Source: a virus
Taxonomy: Duplodnaviria > Heunggongvirae > Uroviricota > Caudoviricetes
IMG/VR virus record: IMGVR_UViG_3300032050_000048
Location: 8,476-72,475 of that record
Strand: one strand, 5' to 3'
DNA: 64,000 nucleotides
Below the pieces are notes generated by a model. The model did no database searches, was not told where the DNA came from, and worked only from the letters and a program-made list of their open reading frames with translations. How positions within the stretch are numbered: the first letter of the stretch is position 1; the number at the start of each line of letters is the position of its first letter. The position numbers and the translations under genes are program-made. This document shows positions 9,412-20,193 of this stretch, in pieces.

Positions 9412-10332
9412 ATGAGTAAAAGATTTGTCATAACAGAAAGTGAAAAAAACCACATAAAAAATTTATATGGTATTGTAACTGAACAGACCGAAAACTCTTG
9501 TCTTAAATTTGACGAATCATCAAAAACTAATGTTGTTGATTACGATGAAATTATTGCAAAGTACAAAACAAAGTTAAATACTGATGATTTAAATGTTGTT
9601 TTTTCAGGAATAAATAATGATATTCAGTTATTTGCAACAAAATTAATTTCAGATGGGGTTGAAACTTATACGGCTTGCGAAATGGGACTCATTGCAATAA
9701 GACCAAGATTTAGAGATAAAAATATAATAATTATAAACTCTATGCGACATACAATTTATTTTTTTGATAAAGAATTAAACGATGTGACGCCATATGAAGA
9801 TTTACAAAAAAAATCCCCAATTCCAATTATTACCGGTAGAGAAAAACAAGCAACATCAGACGAATTTAAAAAATTTAATCTTTTAAATTTTGAAGAAAGA
9901 AGGGCTTATATTGCAAAATATAAAAATAAAAAAGTTAGTGATGTTTCCGATAAAGAGGTTTTTGAATTTAGTGGTGGAGCCTCTTTAAATCCTGGTATAT
10001 ATACAACAAGTAATTTAAGTGTTCCCTACACATATTTAAAAACATTAGATGGTAAGTTATTGTCACAAGCAATTCATAAAGTATTAAATGATCCAGAAAG
10101 AAAAGACGCATTAATTAAGGCAAAAGATAGAACAATTTTTGATTTAGATGATGAAAGTATAAATAAATCATCAAATTTATCATCCGGTTGTATAAATGTT
10201 CCAGAATGGGTAATTAACAATCCTAAATACCAAGAATTAATGAAAATACCTTCATATGTTTTTAATCTTGCAGACATTGGGTCTTATTATGTACAAAATG
10301 GTGATTTTTGCTCTAGTAAAAATCAAACTTAA
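9412..10332 (+). CDS. Hypothetical protein with N-terminal leader (MSKRFVITESEKNHIKNLYGIVTEQ)
   Basis: Leader family; the ATG overlaps the upstream stop. Confidence 0.5.
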   Translation: MSKRFVITESEKNHIKNLYGIVTEQTENSCLKFDESSKTNVVDYDEIIAKYKTKLNTDDLNVVFSGINNDIQLFATKLISDGVETYTACEMGLIAIRPRFRDKNIIIINSMRHTIYFFDKELNDVTPYEDLQKKSPIPIITGREKQATSDEFKKFNLLNFEERRAYIAKYKNKKVSDVSDKEVFEFSGGASLNPGIYTTSNLSVPYTYLKTLDGKLLSQAIHKVLNDPERKDALIKAKDRTIFDLDDESINKSSNLSSGCINVPEWVINNPKYQELMKIPSYVFNLADIGSYYVQNGDFCSSKNQT

Positions 10333-10376
10333 ATTATTTTTTTATAATCAAATATATTTATAATAAAAGTTAAATT

Positions 10377-11165
10377 ATGAACAAAAGAATTTTAATTTCA
10401 GAAGAAGAAAAAAGAAGAATATTAGATATGCACAAAAACTTATCTTTAAAGCCAATTCTTGAGCAATATAGTAAAGAAAAGGATATTCTTAACGAAAAAG
10501 GTCAATACATAACTCAAGGCGATGTTACTTTTAGAGGTCAAGAAATTGGACAAGGAGGTGGTAAAGGTGTAACAGCTGAATTAAAACTTGGAACGGTCGT
10601 TTGGGGAGATGAAAGATTTAATGCGATAACATTTTGGAATAATTTACAACGAGGTTATGCTTATCGGGAGTTATTAACAATAAAATGTGATTCTAATAAA
10701 GTAATTGGAAAATTGAAGGACGATAGCGGTAATTGGGTTGACAGATATGAGTATATATATACAGACCCGGTTGATTTTATAGGAAAAATGAAATCAATGT
10801 TTTGTTGTGGAACAAAATTAAAGCCTGATACCGATAGACCTGGAAGTAAAGCTTGGGCTAAACTAGGTGAGGATGGTTATAAATGTAAAGGATCACAAGT
10901 AAGCCCAACTAAAAAATGCCCTAGTGGAATTCCTGCTTGTCCAGCATACAAAGATTGTTCACAATCACAACATTACCACAAGTGTGATAAATGTGAAAAA
11001 ATAAAAGAAGTACAAAGATGTTTAGCTAAAAAATTACCAACACTTGGTATTAAAGATGATGGTTATTGGGGTTGTAAAACGCAAGACGCTCTTAATCAAT
11101 TGAAAATGGGTGAATCTTTAACGCCAGAACAAATAACAATGTTATGTACTGAAACTCTTGGTTAA
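10377..11165 (+). CDS. Cys-rich protein with N-terminal leader (MNKRILISEEEKRRILDMHKNLS) and a C-terminal peptidoglycan-binding-like segment
   Basis: C-terminal segment LAKKLPTLGIKDDGYWGCKTQDALNQL resembles the PG_binding_1 pattern; there are many Cys pairs. Confidence 0.5.
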   Translation: MNKRILISEEEKRRILDMHKNLSLKPILEQYSKEKDILNEKGQYITQGDVTFRGQEIGQGGGKGVTAELKLGTVVWGDERFNAITFWNNLQRGYAYRELLTIKCDSNKVIGKLKDDSGNWVDRYEYIYTDPVDFIGKMKSMFCCGTKLKPDTDRPGSKAWAKLGEDGYKCKGSQVSPTKKCPSGIPACPAYKDCSQSQHYHKCDKCEKIKEVQRCLAKKLPTLGIKDDGYWGCKTQDALNQLKMGESLTPEQITMLCTETLG

Positions 11166-11264
11166 AATAATTTTATTTTAATAAAAAATTAAAAAATACA
11201 CCATAATTTATTTTTGGTGTATTTTTTTTATAGTTATATTAATAACCTTTACATATTTATTTGT

Positions 11265-11861
11265 ATGACCAAAGAACAAATTTTACTTGAAGACAACAGA
11301 AGAAGAAATGTAATAAGACAAATAGTGTCTGGTATTACAAAAGTCTTTAAAATAGAAGAAGATGGTGAATTCTACCTTCCAAATTACTTTGATGAAGAAA
11401 AAGATTTTTATGAATTTAAAGAACTCCCAACACCACTATCGGTTGAAATGCAACTTGTAAAAAATGATGAGATCCAATCATTTATAATCAATGGGGAATA
11501 TTTACACGAGGATGATATAATTATTATCCGTATTGAATATAACCCAGAGGTAAAAATGCAGATTATGTATGATTTAATTGGTGAACTAAATGAGTTAATA
11601 GCTCACGAAATAAGACACGTAGATCAAAACATAAAGGGAACTTATGAACTTGGTGGGGATGAACCGGAAGACCCTTATGAGTATTACACACAACCAAAAG
11701 AACTTGATGCCCAATTATTCGGTTTTAAAAGACTTGCTAAAATAACACAAAAACCTCTTGATTTTGTAATTAAGAACTGGTTTGAAAAAAACAAAGAAGT
11801 TCACAGATTAAGTGATGAGCAAATACCAGATGTGATAAACAAAATATTAAATCATAGATAA
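11265..11861 (+). CDS. Hypothetical protein containing an HExxH motif (IAHEIRHVDQ)
   Basis: In-frame ATG at 11265 preferred over 11214. HEIRH could be a Zn-peptidase motif or chance. Confidence 0.4.
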   Translation: MTKEQILLEDNRRRNVIRQIVSGITKVFKIEEDGEFYLPNYFDEEKDFYEFKELPTPLSVEMQLVKNDEIQSFIINGEYLHEDDIIIIRIEYNPEVKMQIMYDLIGELNELIAHEIRHVDQNIKGTYELGGDEPEDPYEYYTQPKELDAQLFGFKRLAKITQKPLDFVIKNWFEKNKEVHRLSDEQIPDVINKILNHR

Positions 11862-12295
11862 TGAAACAAATCCCACAAGAATTACAAACAAGAATTGAAA
11901 CATTAAAAAACTATGTAACAGTAAATCTTGGTTTAAATCCACAAATTGATAGAGGTGATATTTTAATTCAATTAGACAACATTGATTTTGATTGGAAAGA
12001 AGGTAAAAAACGAGTTTATGAAATTAGTTTAGGTTTAACAATAAAAAACGCAGATTGTGATAATTGTGATTTTGAACCTGACGCAATTGGTGATAATTTA
12101 AAATGGTATTTTAATGTAGTTCAAGAGATTTGTCAAGTGGGTTTATCAAGAGACTTAAAACTTAATAAAAAGACAAATTCATTTAGGGGTATAATAATAC
12201 ACGAAGTTAATTTATCTTATTCAGAATTTAGTGAAATTACTTTAGGTCTATTCTGGGATCCAGAAGAAGCTTATGGTGATTACTCAAATTATTAA
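11861..12295 (+). CDS. Hypothetical protein
   Basis: 144-aa ORF with ATGA overlap. Confidence 0.45.
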   Translation: MKQIPQELQTRIETLKNYVTVNLGLNPQIDRGDILIQLDNIDFDWKEGKKRVYEISLGLTIKNADCDNCDFEPDAIGDNLKWYFNVVQEICQVGLSRDLKLNKKTNSFRGIIIHEVNLSYSEFSEITLGLFWDPEEAYGDYSNY

Positions 12296-12909
12296 GATTT
12301 AAATCTTCTTACAATTTCATTAAGAAGTCTTTTTGTTAAATTTCCACCATATGTGATACCAACAAAACCAAGAACTCTACCAACCATTTCAGATACATCC
12401 ATTGATTCATTTCCTTGAGCCATTTCATATAGTTCAGGAATTATCGGAATAATGAATGTATAAGCAAGCATATTTGATATCTTACTTATAGGGATTGCAA
12501 GACTATCAATAAAAGCAAAAAATACGTTTTTTAACTTATCCGCCTTTTCAAGAACTATGTCAAACTCAAAAATAAGATTCTTTTCTTTTATTAAATCAAG
12601 AACTTTTCTTAGTTTATCCTTGTTTGTTGTAAAGTAAGTTAAAATTACACCAGTTGACAAAAGAATTATTTCCGTTGATGTTAGTTCCGGAAATTCACCT
12701 TTCATAAATTCACTAATCGGTCTGACAAAACCAGCAATTGTAACACCCCAGGTCGCAAGAAATCCTAAGTCTAATCCTATTTGTTTTTTACTTTCAGAAG
12801 ATACGTTATCAAAGAATTCCTGAAGAGATTTTAATTTATTAATTGTTTCCCTACCTAAGTTTTCAAGTATTAAATTTTTATATTGTGATTCTGTAAGTAT
12901 TATCTTCAT
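12292..12909 (-). CDS. Membrane protein with N-terminal leader (MKIILTESQYKNLILENLG)
   Basis: Leader motif plus hydrophobic segments. Confidence 0.5.
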   Translation of the reverse strand: MKIILTESQYKNLILENLGRETINKLKSLQEFFDNVSSESKKQIGLDLGFLATWGVTIAGFVRPISEFMKGEFPELTSTEIILLSTGVILTYFTTNKDKLRKVLDLIKEKNLIFEFDIVLEKADKLKNVFFAFIDSLAIPISKISNMLAYTFIIPIIPELYEMAQGNESMDVSEMVGRVLGFVGITYGGNLTKRLLNEIVRRFKS

Positions 12910-12942
12910 AACAAATAAATATTACGCTATATTTATATTTGT

Positions 12943-13329
12943 ATGGCAAAGAAAGTTAAATATGAAAAAAACGTACTATTAGAACCTGGTGACAAAGTAA
13001 TTTGTATTAATATGTCTGATAAATTCTCTGGTGTTGCCGGAGGAACACCGGGTGTCGTAAAGTCAGTTTCAAACGTCTTCGGATTAAATCAGTACTATGT
13101 AAATTGGAAAAGTGGTTCTAGTTTAGCACTTATTGACGGTAGAATATGTAAACAATGTGGAAACGAACAAGGTTCTGAATTTCCAGAGTGTAAAAATTGT
13201 GGAAGTACAGAATTAGAACCTATTGATCAGTGGAGAAAGGTAGTTGAAATTGATGATGTTGAAGATATAAATGAAAGCGTTTTGTTTTTTAAAACAAAAA
13301 AACAAATAATAAAAGAATGTAAAAAATAA
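12943..13329 (+). CDS. Zinc-ribbon protein (CKQCG...CKNCG)
   Basis: 128-aa ORF with two CxxC pairs. Confidence 0.45.
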   Translation: MAKKVKYEKNVLLEPGDKVICINMSDKFSGVAGGTPGVVKSVSNVFGLNQYYVNWKSGSSLALIDGRICKQCGNEQGSEFPECKNCGSTELEPIDQWRKVVEIDDVEDINESVLFFKTKKQIIKECKK

Positions 13330-13333
13330 TAAT

Positions 13334-13903
13334 ATGGCACAATATTTCTTTAAGATGTCTCAAACTGAGAAAAATGATATTCTAGACAAACATAAATCAC
13401 TTTATGATGGTTATGTAACAGAATACGCAAATGGGTCCAACATGCAACCTCTTTATGTGCAAGATCTGGCAAATGATAAGAACGGAATTACAGTATCAAA
13501 TAAAGGTGAGGTAAAACATTATACAAATACAAAAATTAACGAAGATATTGATAGAAGAGATCAAATTGCTGATGGTTCGGATGATTTAGAAAATGGAACT
13601 GTTGATTTGGATAATCCAGATTTTATGCATGATTTATATCCTTCACCAAACGAGGATGAAATTGATTATATGTCTCTTGGAATGAAAGATGATGGTGAGT
13701 GTAAAAATTGTGATGACGACAATTTGGATATTGTTTTTGATATTGATACTGAAGAAATGATGGAGGACTATTATGAGTATGATATTGATGAGCTTGATGA
13801 TTTTAGTTCACAACCATTAGACGAATTTGATGAGGATAATAATCTAATGGAAAGTGTAAATAAATCTTTAGATATGTTTAAGAGATTTAAAAACTACAAT
13901 TAA
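13334..13903 (+). CDS. Acidic (D/E-rich) hypothetical protein
   Basis: 189-aa ORF. Confidence 0.45.
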   Translation: MAQYFFKMSQTEKNDILDKHKSLYDGYVTEYANGSNMQPLYVQDLANDKNGITVSNKGEVKHYTNTKINEDIDRRDQIADGSDDLENGTVDLDNPDFMHDLYPSPNEDEIDYMSLGMKDDGECKNCDDDNLDIVFDIDTEEMMEDYYEYDIDELDDFSSQPLDEFDEDNNLMESVNKSLDMFKRFKNYN

Positions 13904-13905
13904 AA

Positions 13906-14208
13906 ATGGAAATACAGGAGTTAGTTTCGTACTATCTTTTTGAGGATACTAAAAGAATTGAAATTTCTTTCAGGTTATCTAGTGATTCGGATGATGAAAT
14001 CAGAAATGATATTGTTGATTTAAATGAGGCAAAAGATTTTGGGTATGATTTAGTTGATGATACCAATGATTTTTTTGGGTTTGAGGACGAAGAAGATGAC
14101 TATTATGATGAAGAGTTCCAGTCAATAGATGAAGAGCAGCTTATATCCTTTCTAAATGAATATTACATTGTAAATCAAGACAAACTTCCAAAGTCAGAAA
14201 TCCTATAA
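13906..14208 (+). CDS. Acidic hypothetical protein
   Basis: 100-aa ORF. Confidence 0.4.
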   Translation: MEIQELVSYYLFEDTKRIEISFRLSSDSDDEIRNDIVDLNEAKDFGYDLVDDTNDFFGFEDEEDDYYDEEFQSIDEEQLISFLNEYYIVNQDKLPKSEIL

Positions 14209-14225
14209 TAAAAAAGGCCCGTTTA

Positions 14226-14729
14226 TCACGGACCAGTTCTTGTTAAAAATAATGTAATAGATTCGTTTGGTCCAGACGACCCTGAGAACCAGGCCCCTTT
14301 TGACCTAATTACAATATGCTCAAGACCATCTTCAATAATTGAGAACATTCTTTTTGAACCATTCATCTCAATTTCTAAATCACCAGCATATTGTGTTGTT
14401 TGATTATGAACGTGATAGAAATATTGTTCAGACCAAGTTGTTGACCCATCCATATTCTGATTTGGTGAAAAACTAACAATAGAATAATCAAAATGTAATT
14501 TGTAAAAACCAACCGGAATCGTATCAAATGGGTGTGAATCATTTGGGTTAATATACATATCACCCGGGTAAAATACCATATTATTTGAGTTAGTTGTATT
14601 ATCAGTCTGTTCGTACGTGATTTTATCTACACGATACTCGCCACTCAGACTAAGAAGACTAGGTTCTGCATATTTTGTACAAGAAGTTACAAGTCCAAGC
14701 AAAAAGAAAAGTACAAAAATTCGTTTCAT
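14226..14729 (-). CDS. Putative lipoprotein
   Basis: N-terminus MKRIFVLFFLLGLVTSC is a signal peptide with a lipobox Cys; convergent with the upstream genes, with a hairpin at 14212-14240. Confidence 0.55.
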   Translation of the reverse strand: MKRIFVLFFLLGLVTSCTKYAEPSLLSLSGEYRVDKITYEQTDNTTNSNNMVFYPGDMYINPNDSHPFDTIPVGFYKLHFDYSIVSFSPNQNMDGSTTWSEQYFYHVHNQTTQYAGDLEIEMNGSKRMFSIIEDGLEHIVIRSKGAWFSGSSGPNESITLFLTRTGP

Positions 14730-14810
14730 ATCTTATTATTTAAATATTATCTATATCACAAAGATACTATTTTTTTTCTATTTACAAATATTTATAAAAG
14801 AAAAATTTTT

Positions 14811-15056
14811 ATGGAGTTAGACCAATTAATAGGACTTCTTGAGAAATACACATTTAACCCAACAAACAATGGTGAATTGGGCGAGGAGGATGACGCTGGA
14901 GGAGGTGCAACATCATCTGGTGGTGGAGGTGCATATCCTGCTGTTACAAAATGGGAAACAGGGCTTGTTAGAAGTAATGCGAATACAATTGATGATAAGG
15001 TAACTTGGAAATCATTAAATAAAATTACACGAGGTAAAGCAAATACTTTATTATGA
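14811..15056 (+). CDS. Hypothetical protein (Gly-rich)
   Basis: 81-aa ORF. Confidence 0.35.
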   Translation: MELDQLIGLLEKYTFNPTNNGELGEEDDAGGGATSSGGGGAYPAVTKWETGLVRSNANTIDDKVTWKSLNKITRGKANTLL

Positions 15057-16558
15057 ATAATTCTGATGAAATACTGAAAAGAATACTTCTTAATATGAAA
15101 TATGACTCAAGAAAGACTTTGTCTGAACAACCGGTTAGTGCACAACCAGAAGTAACTATTACCGCAAAAAAACAATCAAACCAATCACCAAAAATAACAT
15201 CAAGTGAAGGTAATCAGAATCTAACTGATAGAACAATAATTGATTGTAAAACAGGTAAACAATACGTATCCCCAAATTTTGCTAGTGTTGTTCCATATAA
15301 AAATAAATCAACCAGTGAATACATTCAACAGCAACAAGATTTATTAGCACAAAATAAAGCTAATGAATTAACTGCTTGTAATTATTACGTACAAATAATC
15401 AAAGATCAAATATCAAAAAAAACCGGTATTTACGCAAAACTGAGTAATGATAAAATAATTCAAGACCAAATAAACAGCTCATTTGAAGAATTGGTCTACA
15501 ATTGTATGAATAACTCTTACCTTGTCGTCCAAAACAAACCAAAAGGGTGTACTATGAGTTTTTCGGTCTTTTCAAAAGCTCTAGAGAATACGGGTAATCA
15601 AAATCCTTTTTATGAAATATATTTATCATATACAAGTTGGTTTTTAACGGAATATAAAAAATATCAAGCAGATAATAATTATACACCTCAAGCACCATAT
15701 CTTATTCGTTCAGATATGAGTTACAGTTACACTGATCAAGGTAAAGTTAAAAAAATTGACATTGAAGACTTAAACTTGGACACTGAAAGTAAAAAATTAT
15801 CAATGGATTCAACCGCAATTGGTGGGTTTGATTTGGCATCACATTTACCACTAACAAATGATGAAAAAATGTTAATAAGTCAATCACCAGTTTCACAAAA
15901 TAATGAATTTATTGGTGGTGAATATATCTGTTTAAAACAAGGTGTTAATTATGTAAATTTAAGAACAACAAATGAGGTAAATGATGACACAGGACTTTTA
16001 GACCCTACTGATAATTTTATTAATTGGTCAAGTGATGAAGTTGTTGGAAAATATATCTCACAAAAAAGACAAAGACCGGTTTCGGCCTTTTACAACGGAC
16101 AAATACGTGATGATAACACACTTTTAAAGTTTTTTAAAAATATTATAGGATCAAAAACAGAACTAAATAAATTAATATCTCATTTAGATACTAAAGGGGT
16201 TTCAAATGAACCAGCACCAGGGTTTAAAGGAAAAACAATAAAAGATGTTCTATTAACAGGAAATCAAAAACAAAAAAACTATATACTTGGGATGGGTATT
16301 AATAATGCAATTGACTTCTACACAGATGAACTTTACAAAAAATTACCAAAAAAATACAAAAATATGCTTTGGTATCAAGTAGAATTTTTAAACCTACAAC
16401 AGGATATGCACGAAGGTGGTTTAGGTTATAAATATGGTTGGGTTAGAGAAGACAACGTTCAGTTCTGCAAGAAACCTAGCGAGATGGAGTCACAAACAAA
16501 TTATACTGTTGAATTTTTAAAAAGAGTCCCAATTAAACCTTTAGCCGACCCAAGATAA
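15053..16558 (+). CDS. Large hypothetical protein (possible virion protein)
   Basis: 501-aa ORF. Confidence 0.5.
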   Translation: MNNSDEILKRILLNMKYDSRKTLSEQPVSAQPEVTITAKKQSNQSPKITSSEGNQNLTDRTIIDCKTGKQYVSPNFASVVPYKNKSTSEYIQQQQDLLAQNKANELTACNYYVQIIKDQISKKTGIYAKLSNDKIIQDQINSSFEELVYNCMNNSYLVVQNKPKGCTMSFSVFSKALENTGNQNPFYEIYLSYTSWFLTEYKKYQADNNYTPQAPYLIRSDMSYSYTDQGKVKKIDIEDLNLDTESKKLSMDSTAIGGFDLASHLPLTNDEKMLISQSPVSQNNEFIGGEYICLKQGVNYVNLRTTNEVNDDTGLLDPTDNFINWSSDEVVGKYISQKRQRPVSAFYNGQIRDDNTLLKFFKNIIGSKTELNKLISHLDTKGVSNEPAPGFKGKTIKDVLLTGNQKQKNYILGMGINNAIDFYTDELYKKLPKKYKNMLWYQVEFLNLQQDMHEGGLGYKYGWVREDNVQFCKKPSEMESQTNYTVEFLKRVPIKPLADPR

Positions 16559-16599
16559 GATTAAAACATTTATTAAACAAAAGATTATAAAAATTTAAA

Positions 16600-18579
16600 A
16601 TGGATAAAAAAATAAATGATATAATAACTGAAATTGATAAATTAATTTATTTTAATAAATCAATTTTTTTATCTGAACAATCTGTTGATAATATAAATCA
16701 GTATAACCAAGATGGTACTGTAAACTTCAACTACGACCCAAAAGCAGCAAAACAAAAAGAAGTACTCAATAAGTTTACACCTATTAGTGGTAAAGAAAAA
16801 AAAGATGATAAAATAAAATATTTTGATTTTGGTGGATTAAGTAAAATACCATATGTTGTTGGCACCAAATTTTATCGTTTAACAGATATAGATACTGGTA
16901 GAATTCTTGGATTAACAAAAAAAGATAAATATGGTTACTATGATGAGATTGACGTTGAAAATTATGGAGAACCGGTAAGAAGGTATTACCCAACAAATGA
17001 TTGGGAAGATTGGAAATTTATTCAGAAAAAAGGAATTCCTTATTCATTTAAAACACCAGATGGAAAATATTTTCATTTAATTTTAAAACTAATTGAACCA
17101 ACAAAATCTGTTATTGATTTAGAAGACCCAAACAATAAAAGTCGTGGCTGGGCCTTAAGCTACCCAGGATCAAAAACAGCGTTAAGTAATGATGGTGGAT
17201 CCGGTTACTATAGAACAGAAGGAGAAACGCAGATTCCATATAACATAATAGCACCTATTGTTCCGGGTGATTACTCAACGTTTGATTTGGACACCAGAGG
17301 TGGGTTTGATAAATTTATGGATAGCGGGGTTGGTATTTTAGCACAAATTGGTCTTGCAATTGGTGTAACTCTTCTTACAAGAAATTTAGCTATAGCACGA
17401 TTAACCGCTCAAGAAATTGCTTCTGTAAATGCAATAAGATCTAGACTTTTTGCTGCTTCAATATTATCTGAGACAATTGTTAACGCACCAGTTGCAATAT
17501 ACTATTTCAATAGAGAAGGTTATGAAAGCGCTGGATGGTTATCATTAGCATTTATAGCATTACCAGTTGTTCAAAGATTTACACCACTTGTTAATATATT
17601 ACCAGATTTTAGTTTACAGACTTGTTATGGTATATCCACAAAAATAATGGCAAATAAACTTGAGACAAATATGACTCAAGCACAAATTAAAGCCTTTATG
17701 AACACACTAACAATGGAAGAAAAAGCATTATTCACACAAGTTATTAAAGAAGCTAATAATCTATCTCCAAAAATAATGAAAGCCGTTGATAATATTGCCA
17801 AAAAATCTTATAAAGGTGCGGATTATTTAGCTTATAAAGCAGAAATTGTTGCTTTACTTAAAAAGCCAACAGAAAGTTTATTTAAAACACTTGTAAAAGA
17901 TTTTGGTATAACATTAACTTACATAAAAGTAGTTGAAAACATACTAGGTGTTTATGAATCAATAAAGAAAAAACAAAATACTGATTTAAATCAATTACCA
18001 AAAGAACAAAAAGAAAAAATTGCAAAAAATATTAAAAAGATTGATGAGGAAATTAAATTATTACCAGAATGGACAAAATACTTTTTATCTGGAAAAAATG
18101 GAGAAACTGGTAATATTAAAACACCAAAATTCACAATATCAGATGAAGACACCAAGAATTTAGTTGAGAATGGTATTTTTGGTGAAGCCCTAAAAAAGAA
18201 ATTAGCTGATGAGGCCGCAAATTCTATGTTGATGTTAATGGAAGAAGCTAAAAAAAGAGGGATAAATCTTGGTAAACTAATTGGTTTAGATGAGTTTGAA
18301 TTGGTTACACAATATACGTCAAATCCAGATAAATTCTGTACTGATTATGGTCCTGAACAATGTGAAAAATTTAAAAAAATACTTGAGGAAAATAGAAATT
18401 TATATCTTAAACAAAAAGAACAACAACAAGAAATACCAACCGAATATGAAAATATGATATACCAGTATTTTAATACTGAACAAAATGAATGGAAAACAAT
18501 TTCAAAAACACAATATGAAATTTGGAAGAAAAAGGGTAAGAATACTAGAGAAGTTCCAAAAAACGTAGAACAAAAGTGA
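16600..18579 (+). CDS. Large protein with central hydrophobic segments (possible tape-measure-like or membrane-interacting virion protein)
   Basis: 659 aa; hydrophobic block around residues 240-320. Confidence 0.45.
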   Translation: MDKKINDIITEIDKLIYFNKSIFLSEQSVDNINQYNQDGTVNFNYDPKAAKQKEVLNKFTPISGKEKKDDKIKYFDFGGLSKIPYVVGTKFYRLTDIDTGRILGLTKKDKYGYYDEIDVENYGEPVRRYYPTNDWEDWKFIQKKGIPYSFKTPDGKYFHLILKLIEPTKSVIDLEDPNNKSRGWALSYPGSKTALSNDGGSGYYRTEGETQIPYNIIAPIVPGDYSTFDLDTRGGFDKFMDSGVGILAQIGLAIGVTLLTRNLAIARLTAQEIASVNAIRSRLFAASILSETIVNAPVAIYYFNREGYESAGWLSLAFIALPVVQRFTPLVNILPDFSLQTCYGISTKIMANKLETNMTQAQIKAFMNTLTMEEKALFTQVIKEANNLSPKIMKAVDNIAKKSYKGADYLAYKAEIVALLKKPTESLFKTLVKDFGITLTYIKVVENILGVYESIKKKQNTDLNQLPKEQKEKIAKNIKKIDEEIKLLPEWTKYFLSGKNGETGNIKTPKFTISDEDTKNLVENGIFGEALKKKLADEAANSMLMLMEEAKKRGINLGKLIGLDEFELVTQYTSNPDKFCTDYGPEQCEKFKKILEENRNLYLKQKEQQQEIPTEYENMIYQYFNTEQNEWKTISKTQYEIWKKKGKNTREVPKNVEQK

Positions 18580-18621
18580 AATATTAATAATAATAAACAT
18601 ATTTATATATAAAATTATATT

Positions 18622-20166
18622 ATGAGAAATACTCTTTTAATTGAAGAACTAGTAAGAATAAAAGAAATTATGGGTGTTAGATTAAACTCAAATGCGGTTA
18701 ATGAAGCGGTAACAATAGGAAACCCAACTAGAATTAAGGCTTTTGACGTAAACTTAAATCCGGCAATCAGAAATGAGATTGAAACTCAAATGGTTGATTG
18801 GGCAAATACAACAAATACACTATCAAGAACCGTTAGAAATTTTGATGAGTTAACAACTTTAGCTAGAGCTGAAGCTAGGGCTGCTGGTGAACAAATAACA
18901 ACTGATGCTGAGGCATTATACTGGTTAGCGGCAACATCAGGCAGGGACAATTTTAGTAATATTGTCAGAAGAATTAGTGATGTTAATATGTCAAATTTCA
19001 ATAGACAAGCAACGAACATTACCAACAACACTTTAGCCGGTAGTTTACAAAATCAGATGAATACATTTAATCGTACAATCGGTAGAGATATTGAGACTGG
19101 CGCTGTTAGTGATGCAACAGCAACATCACATGCGGCAAATTTAACCCGTTTAAAAAATAATATTATTAATGCTTCGTTATCCGATATTGATCAAGCAACA
19201 AAAGATAGATTAGTTAAACTAATTGACGATCAAATTGATATGATAGATACCGCAACAAATTCTGCTTATGTGTCAACAACCCCAACGACACGTACTGGAG
19301 CCGGCGGTGGAGGTCAACAAGGTGGCGGAGGTCAACAAGGTGGCGGAGGTCAACAAGGTGGCGGAGGTCAACAAGGTGGCGGAGGTCAACAAGGTGGCGG
19401 AGGAAACCAAGGTGGTGGAGGAAACCAAGGTGGTGGAGGAAACCAAGGTGGTGGTCAGCCACCAGCATTTAATGTTAGACAAGCATTAGATGACCAAATT
19501 GATTTAATAACTAACAACCCTATCTATGGTAGAGTTGCTCGTGAACAGAAAGATTTGATTGCCAATAATATTCGTAACAGATTTGGTAGTCTAACACCAG
19601 AAGAGTTTAACGAACAATTACCTATGATTCGTAGAGAATTAAATGATATGTGTGACGACCAAATAAACGGACTTCAGAGGGAAGCGGACAGACTTAGAAC
19701 TGAAGGTCGTACTGAAGAGGCAGACCAATTAACTAGACGAGCTAGGAATATTGAGCGTGCAAAAAATATTGCCGGTGATGTACTTGGTTTTTGTGTTGGT
19801 AAAAAAGCTGGTGGTGGGCAAGGTGGTAAACTATCTACTGCGGGTAAAATTGGTATTTGCGCATTTACTGGTTATATGGTTTGGGGTATCTTACACTCAA
19901 TTGTTAGTGGTGGTGACGTAACAGTGGGTGATTATTTATGTGATATACCTAAAATGCTTTCACATTATGAACCTGATTTCATTAGTAAAGCCTGTGGTAG
20001 AGAAGAGGTTACTGGTGAATATGAGAATACTAGCGAAGGATTCACTAAGTGGCTTGGAGATAACGGATTAAGTGGTACTTGGGACGATGATGGTTATCCT
20101 ATTGTTGTTATTAATGGGGAAGATACATTATATCAATACAAAGATGGAACTTTTAAACCGGTTTAA
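18622..20166 (+). CDS. Large protein with (GGGGQQ)5(GGGGNQ)3 repeat and a C-terminal TM segment
   Basis: 514 aa; in-frame 18-bp tandem repeat at 19303-19452. Confidence 0.5.
   Translation: MRNTLLIEELVRIKEIMGVRLNSNAVNEAVTIGNPTRIKAFDVNLNPAIRNEIETQMVDWANTTNTLSRTVRNFDELTTLARAEARAAGEQITTDAEALYWLAATSGRDNFSNIVRRISDVNMSNFNRQATNITNNTLAGSLQNQMNTFNRTIGRDIETGAVSDATATSHAANLTRLKNNIINASLSDIDQATKDRLVKLIDDQIDMIDTATNSAYVSTTPTTRTGAGGGGQQGGGGQQGGGGQQGGGGQQGGGGQQGGGGNQGGGGNQGGGGNQGGGQPPAFNVRQALDDQIDLITNNPIYGRVAREQKDLIANNIRNRFGSLTPEEFNEQLPMIRRELNDMCDDQINGLQREADRLRTEGRTEEADQLTRRARNIERAKNIAGDVLGFCVGKKAGGGQGGKLSTAGKIGICAFTGYMVWGILHSIVSGGDVTVGDYLCDIPKMLSHYEPDFISKACGREEVTGEYENTSEGFTKWLGDNGLSGTWDDDGYPIVVINGEDTLYQYKDGTFKPV
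19303..19452 (+). repeat. In-frame 18-bp tandem repeat (GGTGGCGGAGGTCAACAA x5, GGTGGTGGAGGAAACCAA x3)
   Basis: Direct reading; encodes a Gly/Gln/Asn linker. Confidence 0.9.
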
Positions 20167-20193
20167 TCTTTAAAAATTTAACATAGAATTAAA

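Noticed and set aside
19303-19452. CRISPR-like array (regular 18-bp direct repeats)
   Set aside because: The repeats are contiguous with no spacers and lie in-frame inside CDS 18622..20166, encoding a Gly/Gln linker.
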